A DNA stretch of 64,000 bases. Source: an uncultured Oscillospiraceae bacterium. Lineage in GTDB: Bacteria > Bacillota > Clostridia > Oscillospirales > Oscillospiraceae. The stretch is from NCBI GenBank assembly GCA_964524815.1, contig CAZGFK010000001.1:19871-83870 (forward strand), read 5' to 3'. The position numbers and the translations under genes were made by a program. Under the pieces are notes generated by a model, which saw nothing but the letters and a program-made list of their open reading frames with translations, had not been told where the DNA came from and did not search any database. Positions within the stretch are counted from its first letter, which is position 1; the number at the start of each line of letters is the position of its first letter. Below, piece by piece: positions 57,162 through 64,000 of this stretch.

Positions 57162-58415
57162 ATGGATATATGGCATATTCGCGGCGGAAAACAGCTTTCG
57201 GGCGCGTGCTTTGTGCAAGGGTCGAAAAACGCTACACTGCCTATCATAGCGGCGTCTATAATAAGCCCGGCACGCTCGGAGCTTTTTAATGTCCCTCAAC
57301 TGCGGGATGTTGACGCGGCGCTTAGAATATTGCGCCATCTCGGGTGTACCGCCGAGCAGCGCCGCAACGAGGTGTTTATAGATTCTACATATCTTTCAAG
57401 CTCTGCTATCCCGCATGAACTCATGGAAGAAATGCGCTCATCCGTAATTTTTATGGGCGCGCTCATAGCTCGCTGCGGCGAGGCGCGGTTATCCCTGCCC
57501 GGTGGTTGTCAGCTCGGCAAGCGTCCGATTGATTTACACTTGAGTGCGCTTCGCGCCATGGGCGCGGAGATTGAGGAAGAGGGAAGCGAGATAGTGTGCC
57601 GCGCGCACAATCTCATCGGTGCGGAGATTATCTTGCCGTTTCCCAGTGTCGGCGCTACGGAGAACATTATGCTTGCTGCGTGCTCGGCAAAGGGTAAGAC
57701 CGTTATCCACGGCGCGGCGCGTGAGCCTGAAATCGTTGCCTTGCAGGAATATTTACGTTCCATGGGCGCTGAAATCACCGGCGCAGGAACAGACTGCGTT
57801 GAAATATCCTCCTTTCGCGCGGCAAAGCGCGCCGTATGCCGCATTATCCCGGACAGGATAGTGGCATCAACAATAGCTTGCGCCGTTGCCGCCGTTGGTG
57901 GAAATGTTGAAATGCGCGGCGTATCTCCCGAACATTTTTCTACTGTTCTATACTTCCTAAATCAAGCAGGCTGTGATATAATAAGCAATAATCGCGCCGT
58001 GCGCATTCGCTCCACAGGCAGATTAAAATCGCCCGGCGAAATAGCGACTGAGCCGTACCCCGGCTTTCCCACGGACGCACAGCCCGTTTTAATGGCGGCG
58101 CTGCTCAAGGCCGAGGGCTGCACCGTGATTACGGAAAACATCTTTGAAAACCGCTACAGGCAAGTGCCGGAGCTTCGCCGTTTGGGTGCGGATATCGTCA
58201 CGGAAGAGCGGCGCGCGGAAATATGGGGCGTGGAGTGCTTAAACGGTACGGCGATTAATGCCACGGATTTGCGCGGGGGAGCGGCCATGATAGTGGCAGG
58301 GCTTGCCGCACAGGGCGAGACCGTTATATTCGATGACGGGCATATTACGCGCGGATATGAGCATTTTGATGTTCGCTTACGCTCTCTCGGCGCGGATATT
58401 TATCTTGAGTATTAA
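57162..58415 (+). CDS. murA: UDP-N-acetylglucosamine 1-carboxyvinyltransferase (paralogue 2, inside the dcw cluster)
   Basis: A GGGGAGG RBS lies upstream. QGSKNATLPIIAAS and the active-site Cys loop PGGCQLGKRPIDLH are present. It is a second MurA copy in this window. Confidence 0.92.
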   Translation: MDIWHIRGGKQLSGACFVQGSKNATLPIIAASIISPARSELFNVPQLRDVDAALRILRHLGCTAEQRRNEVFIDSTYLSSSAIPHELMEEMRSSVIFMGALIARCGEARLSLPGGCQLGKRPIDLHLSALRAMGAEIEEEGSEIVCRAHNLIGAEIILPFPSVGATENIMLAACSAKGKTVIHGAAREPEIVALQEYLRSMGAEITGAGTDCVEISSFRAAKRAVCRIIPDRIVASTIACAVAAVGGNVEMRGVSPEHFSTVLYFLNQAGCDIISNNRAVRIRSTGRLKSPGEIATEPYPGFPTDAQPVLMAALLKAEGCTVITENIFENRYRQVPELRRLGADIVTEERRAEIWGVECLNGTAINATDLRGGAAMIVAGLAAQGETVIFDDGHITRGYEHFDVRLRSLGADIYLEY

Positions 58416-58435
58416 TTTCTATTCTTAGGGCGTTC

Positions 58436-59260
58436 ATGCGCGAAAGAAAGCGCGTGTTCGCCCCGAAAGGACAGCACAGTATGGCGTATACACATTCAAA
58501 TCAGCCGCCTGCCGACAAGCATTCTGAATACATGAAGCCGCGCCGCCACAGCTCATTCAGTGCGCCGCTTATGTTCGTGATTGTCGAGGTTGCCCTTATA
58601 TTCGTAATGAGCGTATTTTTCCGTGTCAACGACATTGAGGTCAACGGCAACACCCACTATACCGACAGCGAGATAATCCGCGCTATAGACATAGAAGAGG
58701 GTGACAACCTTTTCTTCTTTGACCGTTTTGCCGCGCTCAGCCGCGTTTTCGCAAAGCTTCCTTATATCGAGGAAGTCACGGTTGAAAGAAAGCTGCCTGA
58801 CAAGGTTATTATCGAGGTTACGGAAAGCAAAGCCCTTGCGTATCTTTCCCTCGGCGGTGAGAACTGGACGATTGACCATAACTGCAAGGTGCTGGGTAAA
58901 GCGGCAGAAGAGGAGCTTTCAAACCTCATCGCCGTGCGAGGAATAAGCCCCGGTACGCTTTTGATCGGCGAAACCATGCAAACCGAAAGCGGCGAAACGG
59001 ACACGGTGGAGTACTTGGCCGAGGTTTTGTATCAGATTGAACAGCGCGGCCTTGCTTCAAGTGTAACCCAAATAGACTTTGAGGATCTTTCCGCCGTTAC
59101 TTTCTACTACGGCGGACGCTTGACCGTGAAGATAGGCGCAAACACTAACACAGAGTATAAATTTGGAATGTTTGCCGCCGTTTTGGACAAGCTTAGTCAT
59201 GAAGATGTCGGCTATCTTAATCTGTCCGACGGTGCAACCGCGCACTTTATGTCAGAATAA
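58436..59260 (+). CDS. ftsQ: Cell division protein FtsQ/DivIB (POTRA)
   Basis: A basic N-terminus and one TM helix are followed by a POTRA-like region (VNDIEVNGNTHYTDSEII...) and an FtsQ beta domain. The start is uncertain (58436 or 58481). Confidence 0.85.
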   Translation: MRERKRVFAPKGQHSMAYTHSNQPPADKHSEYMKPRRHSSFSAPLMFVIVEVALIFVMSVFFRVNDIEVNGNTHYTDSEIIRAIDIEEGDNLFFFDRFAALSRVFAKLPYIEEVTVERKLPDKVIIEVTESKALAYLSLGGENWTIDHNCKVLGKAAEEELSNLIAVRGISPGTLLIGETMQTESGETDTVEYLAEVLYQIEQRGLASSVTQIDFEDLSAVTFYYGGRLTVKIGANTNTEYKFGMFAAVLDKLSHEDVGYLNLSDGATAHFMSE

Positions 59261-59313
59261 CACGTGTAATTACAATTTGATAACAAAAAATTTCCGAAAA
59301 ACAAAAAAATCTA

Positions 59314-59342
59314 TTGACCTAGAGCGGAAAATGTAATATTAT
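59314..59342 (+). promoter_or_regulatory. Sigma-A type promoter candidate for ftsZ
   Basis: TTGACC (59314-59319), a 17-nt spacer, then TATTAT (59337-59342), within a 150-nt AT-rich spacer. Confidence 0.55.
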
Positions 59343-59410
59343 ATAGAGCACGGTATCAAATAAAAAAGATCTCACATTTTTGTGATAAGATAAAAACAGG
59401 AGGCAGAAGT

Positions 59411-60625
59411 ATGGATTTCAAAGCCGAAACAGGGCCTGAAAATGTAGTCACTATAAAGGTGGTCGGCGTCGGCGGCGCAGGCAATAATGTTGTAAACAGA
59501 ATGGTCAAGGCCGGGACGCAGGGCGTTGAGTTTATCGCCGTTAACACCGATAAGCAGGCTCTCGCAGTCTCCAATGCCAATCAGAAAATACAGATAGGCG
59601 AGAAGATGACCCGCGGACAGGGCGCAGGCTCCGATCCCGATGTGGGTAAGCGCTCTGCCGAGGAAAGCCGCAACAACATTGCCAAGGCAATCGAGGATGC
59701 GGACATGGTGTTTATCACCGCCGGTATGGGCGGCGGCACGGGCACGGGCGCAGCTCCCGTTGTGGCTGAGATTGCGCGCGAAGCCGGTATACTCACTGTC
59801 GGCGTTGTCACAAAGCCCTTTAAGTTCGAGGGTAAGCGGCGCATGGATCAGGCCAACATGGGCATTAAAGAGCTCCTTGGCCGTGTCGATTCTCTCTTGA
59901 TTATCCCGAACGACCGCTTGAAGTATGCCACCGATCAAAAGGTTACTCTTGCAAACGCTTTTGAAATAGCCGATGATGTTCTGCATCAGGCTGTTACCAG
60001 TATTTCCGACCTTATCAAGAACACCGGCTTTATCAATCTTGACTTTGCCGACGTTTCCTGCATCATGCGCGATGCCGGGTTTGCACACATGGGTGTCGGC
60101 CATGCCGCAGGCAAGGGCAAGGCCGAGGATGCGGCCAAGCTCGCTGTTGCCAGCCCCCTTATGGAGACTTCTATCAACGGCGCGCGCGGTGTGCTTATCA
60201 ACATAACCGGCTCTGAGGACATGGATCTTGAAGATGTCGAAACGGCGGCCAATCTTGTTCAGGAAGCCGCGCACCCGGATGCAAACATCATCTTTGGTGC
60301 AACCTTCGATTCTTCCTTGCAGGATGAAATTCGCGTGACCGTTATCGCAACGGGCTTTGAGGAAGCTCCTGCTTCCGCTGTTGTTGGCGAGAGCGCAGTT
60401 GCATCTGCCGCCGCGTCCGCTGTCCCCGTGCGCCCGGTTTCCATTAAGGACAGACCGCAAGGTCTCTTTACCGGCGCTGCCGAAAAGGCTGCTGCCGCCG
60501 CGCCCGTTGTGGCGACTCCCGTTGTTCCCGCTCCCATGAGCGAGGAACGCCCGGCTGCCGCTTCCGGCGAAACAAACGGCGAAGACCCGTTTGACAGCAT
60601 TTTTAAGATTTTCAACGCGAAGTAA
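59411..60625 (+). CDS. ftsZ: Cell division GTPase FtsZ
   Basis: An AGGAGG RBS lies upstream. The tubulin signature [11 protein letters not shown] and NTD are present. A Pro/Ala-rich linker leads to the C-terminal peptide [10 protein letters not shown]. Confidence 0.97.
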   Translation: MDFKAETGPENVVTIKVVGVGGAGNNVVNRMVKAGTQGVEFIAVNTDKQALAVSNANQKIQIGEKMTRGQGAGSDPDVGKRSAEESRNNIAKAIEDADMVFITAGMGGGTGTGAAPVVAEIAREAGILTVGVVTKPFKFEGKRRMDQANMGIKELLGRVDSLLIIPNDRLKYATDQKVTLANAFEIADDVLHQAVTSISDLIKNTGFINLDFADVSCIMRDAGFAHMGVGHAAGKGKAEDAAKLAVASPLMETSINGARGVLINITGSEDMDLEDVETAANLVQEAAHPDANIIFGATFDSSLQDEIRVTVIATGFEEAPASAVVGESAVASAAASAVPVRPVSIKDRPQGLFTGAAEKAAAAAPVVATPVVPAPMSEERPAAASGETNGEDPFDSIFKIFNAK

Positions 60626-60643
60626 GCAGTTGATTCATATTAT

Positions 60644-60676
60644 AAAGCGCGTTGCAGGCGATGCAACGCGCTTTAT
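60644..60676 (+). terminator. Intrinsic terminator after ftsZ
   Basis: AAAGCGCGTTGCA (60644-56) pairs with TGCAACGCGCTTT (60662-74) around a 5-nt loop. Confidence 0.7.
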
Positions 60677-60708
60677 ATGCTGATATTATTAAAAATTACG
60701 AAAGGGGG

Positions 60709-61542
60709 ATGACGTATCTGATTGATAAGGGTGAAAGATTTGCGAGAAATCTTATTCGTATATGCTCGCATAACCAGCTTTCTATAGCTTCTGCCGCGCT
60801 TTCTTATTATTTCACGATGACGTTTTTCCCGCTTATTATCTGCCTTTATACCATGCTCGGCAACAGCTATGAGCGTGCCCTGCGCATTTTGCAGTTTACC
60901 CGCAGCTTCGTTTCCGAGGAGACTATGGAGCTTTTTGAAAGCTTTCTTGATTATGTCGCGGCAAACAACAGCCCTGCGATGATGGTAGCCGGGCTTGTCG
61001 TGCTTGTTACCTCGGCTTCCGCTGCTTCACGCTCCTTGCAGACGACTATAGGGCGTATGCAGGGCGGGGTAAAATTCAAGGCGGTAATGTATTTCGTTTT
61101 CAGCATAGTGTTTTCGCTTGTGTTCCTTGCGGCAATTTACTTTGCCATTCTCGTTATGCTCACGGGGCGTGAGTTTATTAACTTTGTCAATGAGCTTTTG
61201 CCCTTTGTGGATATAAGCGGGTCATGGAACTGGATGCGCTTTCTTGTCATGGGCGGGATATTCTTCGTACTCGTTTGGAGCGTATATGAAGCGGCAAAGC
61301 GCGCGAGCGATGATTACAGCACCTTTCCCGGTACGCTTTTTACGACCTTTGTTCTCGTTGCCTTTACGCTTATGTTCTCTGCGTTTATAGGGCGCTCGGC
61401 AAAGTACCCGCTTGTGTACGGTTCGCTTGCCTCGCTCATTTTGCTTATGCTGTGGCTTTATTCTTGCTGTATGGTGATTTATGTAGGCGCGGCGGTTAAC
61501 ATCGCCCTGCGCGACACCAAGCGCGAATTAGAAGCAATTTAA
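60709..61542 (+). CDS. YihY/BrkB (ribonuclease BN-like) family membrane protein
   Basis: An AAAGGGGG RBS precedes ATG 60709, downstream of the ftsZ terminator. ASAALSYYFTMTFFPL is present, along with about six TM helices. Confidence 0.85.
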   Translation: MTYLIDKGERFARNLIRICSHNQLSIASAALSYYFTMTFFPLIICLYTMLGNSYERALRILQFTRSFVSEETMELFESFLDYVAANNSPAMMVAGLVVLVTSASAASRSLQTTIGRMQGGVKFKAVMYFVFSIVFSLVFLAAIYFAILVMLTGREFINFVNELLPFVDISGSWNWMRFLVMGGIFFVLVWSVYEAAKRASDDYSTFPGTLFTTFVLVAFTLMFSAFIGRSAKYPLVYGSLASLILLMLWLYSCCMVIYVGAAVNIALRDTKRELEAI

Positions 61543-61556
61543 TCATGTATACTTGT

Positions 61557-61590
61557 GCCCCGCACGATAATTAGCGTGCGGGGCATTTTT
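61557..61590. terminator. Hairpin terminator between yihY and the convergent NTPase gene
   Basis: GCCCCGCACG (61557-66) pairs with CGTGCGGGGC (61575-84), followed by ATTTTT. Confidence 0.75.
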
Positions 61591-62177
61591 CAAAGCTTTG
61601 CGTATTCATTTGCCCATTGCGTAACGGCGTTGCGGGCATTTGTGTCGTCACTGTCGGTGATTTTCATTATGCGCGTGTCGGGGTCATTTTCAAGTGCAGT
61701 GTGTAGGGCGCGGCGGTATGCGCTGTATTTTTCGCCTAGGCCGAGCGCTGAACGTAGTGCCTCGCCCTCATGCTCCGTCATCAGCACGCCTATACAAGGC
61801 ATATCGGAGTTTAATACTTCGAGCAGTGCTTCGCGAAACTGCGGGATAATAAGCTCAAACCCGCCGAATTCATCCAGCACAGTAAAGGGGTAATATTCGC
61901 TCTCTTTTAAAAGGCGAACGCCCTCGGCGCGAAATACTTCGTTGTCGGAAGTCATTTTGCCGCCCTTTGCCGTGAGTATACGCGCGCTTTCATATCCGCT
62001 TATCCCGGCAAAAGCCGCCGCCGGAATAAGATTAACGCCGAGCAGTGCGCCGTCTTGGTTCTTTTCCCCGTAGGTTATATAGCCCCCGGCGTAGCCGAGC
62101 TTATCGCCGAGAACGGATTTTATAAGCGCCGATTTGCCCGCGCTCTTTTCGCCGATTAAGAATAAATGCTTTTCCAT
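61590..62177 (-). CDS. P-loop NTPase (THEP1/NTPase-1-like)
   Basis: Walker A GEKSAGKS, Walker B VLDEFG, 195 aa, and no other recognisable domain. Confidence 0.65.
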   Translation of the reverse strand: MEKHLFLIGEKSAGKSALIKSVLGDKLGYAGGYITYGEKNQDGALLGVNLIPAAAFAGISGYESARILTAKGGKMTSDNEVFRAEGVRLLKESEYYPFTVLDEFGGFELIIPQFREALLEVLNSDMPCIGVLMTEHEGEALRSALGLGEKYSAYRRALHTALENDPDTRIMKITDSDDTNARNAVTQWANEYAKL

Positions 62178-62247
62178 ATTTGCTGCCTCTTTGTTTTTTA
62201 TTTAAGTATATCATATTTTGCGTGCTTTGTATACGCATTTCCCTCGG

Positions 62248-62276
62248 TTGACACTTTGCCGCCGTTGCGTTATAAT
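62248..62276 (+). promoter_or_regulatory. Consensus sigma-A promoter for the DUF554 gene
   Basis: TTGACA (62248-62253), a 17-nt spacer, then TATAAT (62271-62276). Confidence 0.7.
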
Positions 62277-62313
62277 CACAAGGCATTTCAAATGAACGGA
62301 GATATAAAGTATC

Positions 62314-63024
62314 ATGCTTGGCACTATCGCAAACAGCGTTGCAATTATCATCGGCGGATTAATCGGCAGTGTATTCGGAGATAAGATAGGGGAGCGGTTT
62401 ACAAAACCTCTTCTTACCGCTATGGCCTTTATAGTTGCGGTAATCGGCATACAGGGCGCGATAAAAACAAGCAGCATATTAATCGTTGTAATCTGCATTG
62501 TTATCGGCACGATTATCGGCATTGCATTGAAGCTTGATGATCGTATAAGCGCGTCCGGCGATATCATAAAGGAAAGATTAAAGGATTCGCCCCTTTGCCG
62601 CGGACAGTTTTCGGATGCGTTTGTTACATCATCTTTGCTTTTCTGTGTCGGCTCTATGGCGATTCTCGGCTCTATTCAGGCGGGGCTAAATCACGATTAC
62701 AGCACGCTTTTTGCAAAGAGCATTATTGACGCGGTCACAGCAGTGGCGCTCTCTGCCGCGCTTGGGCCGGGGGTTATCCTCTCCGCCGTGCCTATCTTCG
62801 TCTACCAGGGCGCGATAACGCTTTTAGCCGGTGTTGCCCAGCCGTATTTAACGGAAGAGGTTATAACCGAGATGTCCGCTGTAGGCGGGCCTATGTTCCT
62901 TGCAATGGCCGTCAATATGCTGGAGCTTCGCTCGGAGCGGATAAAGGTCGGCGATATGATTCCGGCTCTTTTTATCCCGATTATATATTTTCCCGTAGTT
63001 AACTTTTTCAACGGTTTGTTTTGA
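62314..63024 (+). CDS. DUF554 family membrane protein
   Basis: MLGTIANSVAIIIGGLIG is the typical DUF554 N-terminus. The protein has six or more TM helices and is 236 aa. Confidence 0.8.
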   Translation: MLGTIANSVAIIIGGLIGSVFGDKIGERFTKPLLTAMAFIVAVIGIQGAIKTSSILIVVICIVIGTIIGIALKLDDRISASGDIIKERLKDSPLCRGQFSDAFVTSSLLFCVGSMAILGSIQAGLNHDYSTLFAKSIIDAVTAVALSAALGPGVILSAVPIFVYQGAITLLAGVAQPYLTEEVITEMSAVGGPMFLAMAVNMLELRSERIKVGDMIPALFIPIIYFPVVNFFNGLF

Positions 63025-63033
63025 GCCTATACG

Positions 63034-63073
63034 AAACACAGCCCCAACTTTTTTGTCGGGGCTGTGTTTTATG
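63034..63073. terminator. Bidirectional terminator between DUF554 and glnS
   Basis: AAACACAGCCCC (63034-45) pairs with GGGGCTGTGTTT (63058-69), with a T-run in the loop and after the stem. The flanking genes are convergent. Confidence 0.75.
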
Positions 63074-63077
63074 TTAT

Positions 63078-64000
63078 TTACTTTTTGAAGCTGTCTTTAA
63101 GCGCCACGGAGCGGTTAAACACAAGATGACCGGGCTTTGCGTCCTTATTGTCAAGGCAGAAATACCCTTGACGCATGAACTGATAGCCCTCGGAGTCCTT
63201 GCCCGGCTCGGGCATCGCGGCATTGGCAAGGCTCGCTTCTACCTTGCACCCGGAAAGCACCGTAAGGCTGTCGGGATTGAGGCAGTCAAGGAAGTTTTTA
63301 TCCTGACCGTCCGGCTCGGGATCGGTGAAGAGATAACCATATACGCGCACTTCCGCCTCGGCGCAGTCAAGCGCGTTGACCCAGTGGATGGTAGCGCCCT
63401 TTACCTTGCGCCCGTCGGCGGGATCGCCGCCGCGGCTGTCGGGATCATACTCGCAGTAAACTTCTACGATATTGCCGTTCTCGTCTTTCTTGCAGCCGGT
63501 GCAGGTGGCAAGGTACGCGCCCTTTAATCTTACTTCATTGCCGGGGTACATACGCTTGTACTTCGGCGCAGGCTCTTCCATAAAGTCCTCGGCCTCTATA
63601 TAAAGCTCACGCGAGAAGCTGACCTGACGCACACCGTCTTCGGGACGGAGAGGATTATTCTCTACTTCAAGAAGCTCGGTTTTGCCCTCGGGGTAGTTTG
63701 TCACAACAAGCTTAATCGGGTTCAAAACCGCCATAACGCGCTTGGCGTTTGCGTTCAAGTCATCGCGTAGGCAGCTTTCAAGGAACGCCCATTCAACCGT
63801 GGAATCAACCTTGGAAACGCCTATCCGCTCGCAGAAATCACGAATGGAGCGCGAGGTGTAGCCGCGGCGGCGAAGGCCGCACAAGGTCGGCATACGAGGG
63901 TCATCCCAACCGCTTACGTAGCCCTCTTCAACAAGCTTTCTCAGCTTACGCTTGCTCATCACGGTGTAGTTTATACCCAAGCGGGCAAATTCTATCTGGC
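63078..64000 (-). CDS. glnS: Glutamine--tRNA ligase, C-terminal part (the 5' end lies beyond the window)
   Basis: The frame is open to nt 64000 (..QIEFARLGINYTVMSKRKL). The VMSKR (KMSKS) motif, GWDDPRMPTLCGLRRRGYT, and the GlnRS beta-barrel anticodon-binding domain are present. Confidence 0.93.
   Translation of the reverse strand, partial: QIEFARLGINYTVMSKRKLRKLVEEGYVSGWDDPRMPTLCGLRRRGYTSRSIRDFCERIGVSKVDSTVEWAFLESCLRDDLNANAKRVMAVLNPIKLVVTNYPEGKTELLEVENNPLRPEDGVRQVSFSRELYIEAEDFMEEPAPKYKRMYPGNEVRLKGAYLATCTGCKKDENGNIVEVYCEYDPDSRGGDPADGRKVKGATIHWVNALDCAEAEVRVYGYLFTDPEPDGQDKNFLDCLNPDSLTVLSGCKVEASLANAAMPEPGKDSEGYQFMRQGYFCLDNKDAKPGHLVFNRSVALKDSFKK

Noticed and set aside
59372-60460. A 362-aa ORF antisense to ftsZ. 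Similar antisense ORFs occur at 53583-54623 (mraY), 33503-34390 (phosphomutase), 30143-30982 (murA), 8960-9784 (yicC), 47299-47955 (coiled-coil gene) and 37377-38012 (phoH).
   Set aside because: Those I checked for register (ftsZ, mraY, phosphomutase, murA and yicC) fall in the codon-aligned antisense frame of strongly supported genes. They are a compositional by-product of avoiding TTA/CTA/TCA codons, not overlapping genes.
61555-61893. A 112-aa + strand ORF overlapping the NTPase gene.
   Set aside because: It would start inside the terminator hairpin. It is Ser/Ala/Arg-rich and low in complexity, whereas the minus-strand frame carries Walker A and B motifs.
63021-63527. A 168-aa + strand ORF overlapping glnS.
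   Set aside because: It is antisense to a clearly recognisable GlnRS anticodon-binding domain. It would begin inside the DUF554 stop and terminator region, and it has no RBS.
1-64000. A search for CRISPR arrays, IS elements or transposases, integrases, prophage genes, toxin-antitoxin pairs, restriction-modification or other defence islands, and tRNA or rRNA genes.
   Set aside because: None was found. Intergenic spacers are short, at most about 335 nt and usually under 160 nt. They are explained by promoters, terminators and the T-box. No direct-repeat arrays and no compositionally deviant gene blocks were seen.

Overview
Core-chromosome window from a moderately GC-rich, endospore-forming Firmicute. 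It looks Clostridia-like, and gene order recalls the Bacillus/Clostridium priA-prkC, yqfC-recO and dcw regions. This taxonomic guess is inference only. I call 68 protein genes, 63 on the + strand, with many ATGA/TAATG start-stop overlaps that indicate long translationally coupled operons. Blocks in order: recD2-comF-mreB; ispD-ispF; DUF3343 plus class V aminotransferase; cdaA-cdaR-rseC-like; yicC-remA-gmk-rpoZ-priA-def-fmt-rsmB-rlmN-prpC-prkC-rsgA; spoVM (23 codons, below the ORF-track cutoff) and a SipL-like DUF3794/LysM gene; yebC; trxB-like and trxA; a Val T-box and valS; spoIIAA-spoIIAB-sigF; MOSC-moaA (minus); murA, an MBL hydrolase and rlmH; a phosphohexomutase; ylbJ (minus); yqfC-yqfD-phoH-ybeY-era-yqzL (hidden small ORF)-recO-mutS2; ptsH; eamA-uvrC-rsmD-coaD; a dcw cluster mraZ-rsmH-ftsL-PBP-murE-mraY-ftsW-murG-murA2-ftsQ-ftsZ; then yihY, a P-loop NTPase (minus), DUF554, and the 3' part of glnS (minus). 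I found no rRNA, tRNA, CRISPR, transposase, integrase, phage or recognisable defence genes, and no compositionally foreign island. I do not see convincing evidence for a novel multi-gene system here. The points most worth a second look are: two unlisted micro-ORFs (spoVM, yqzL); a thioredoxin-reductase homologue with degenerate NADPH motifs; a clean MraZ operator and phased A-tract architecture at the dcw promoter; a trimmed dcw cluster; and sporulation genes that start immediately after strong terminators. All promoter, terminator and start-site calls come from reading the sequence only.
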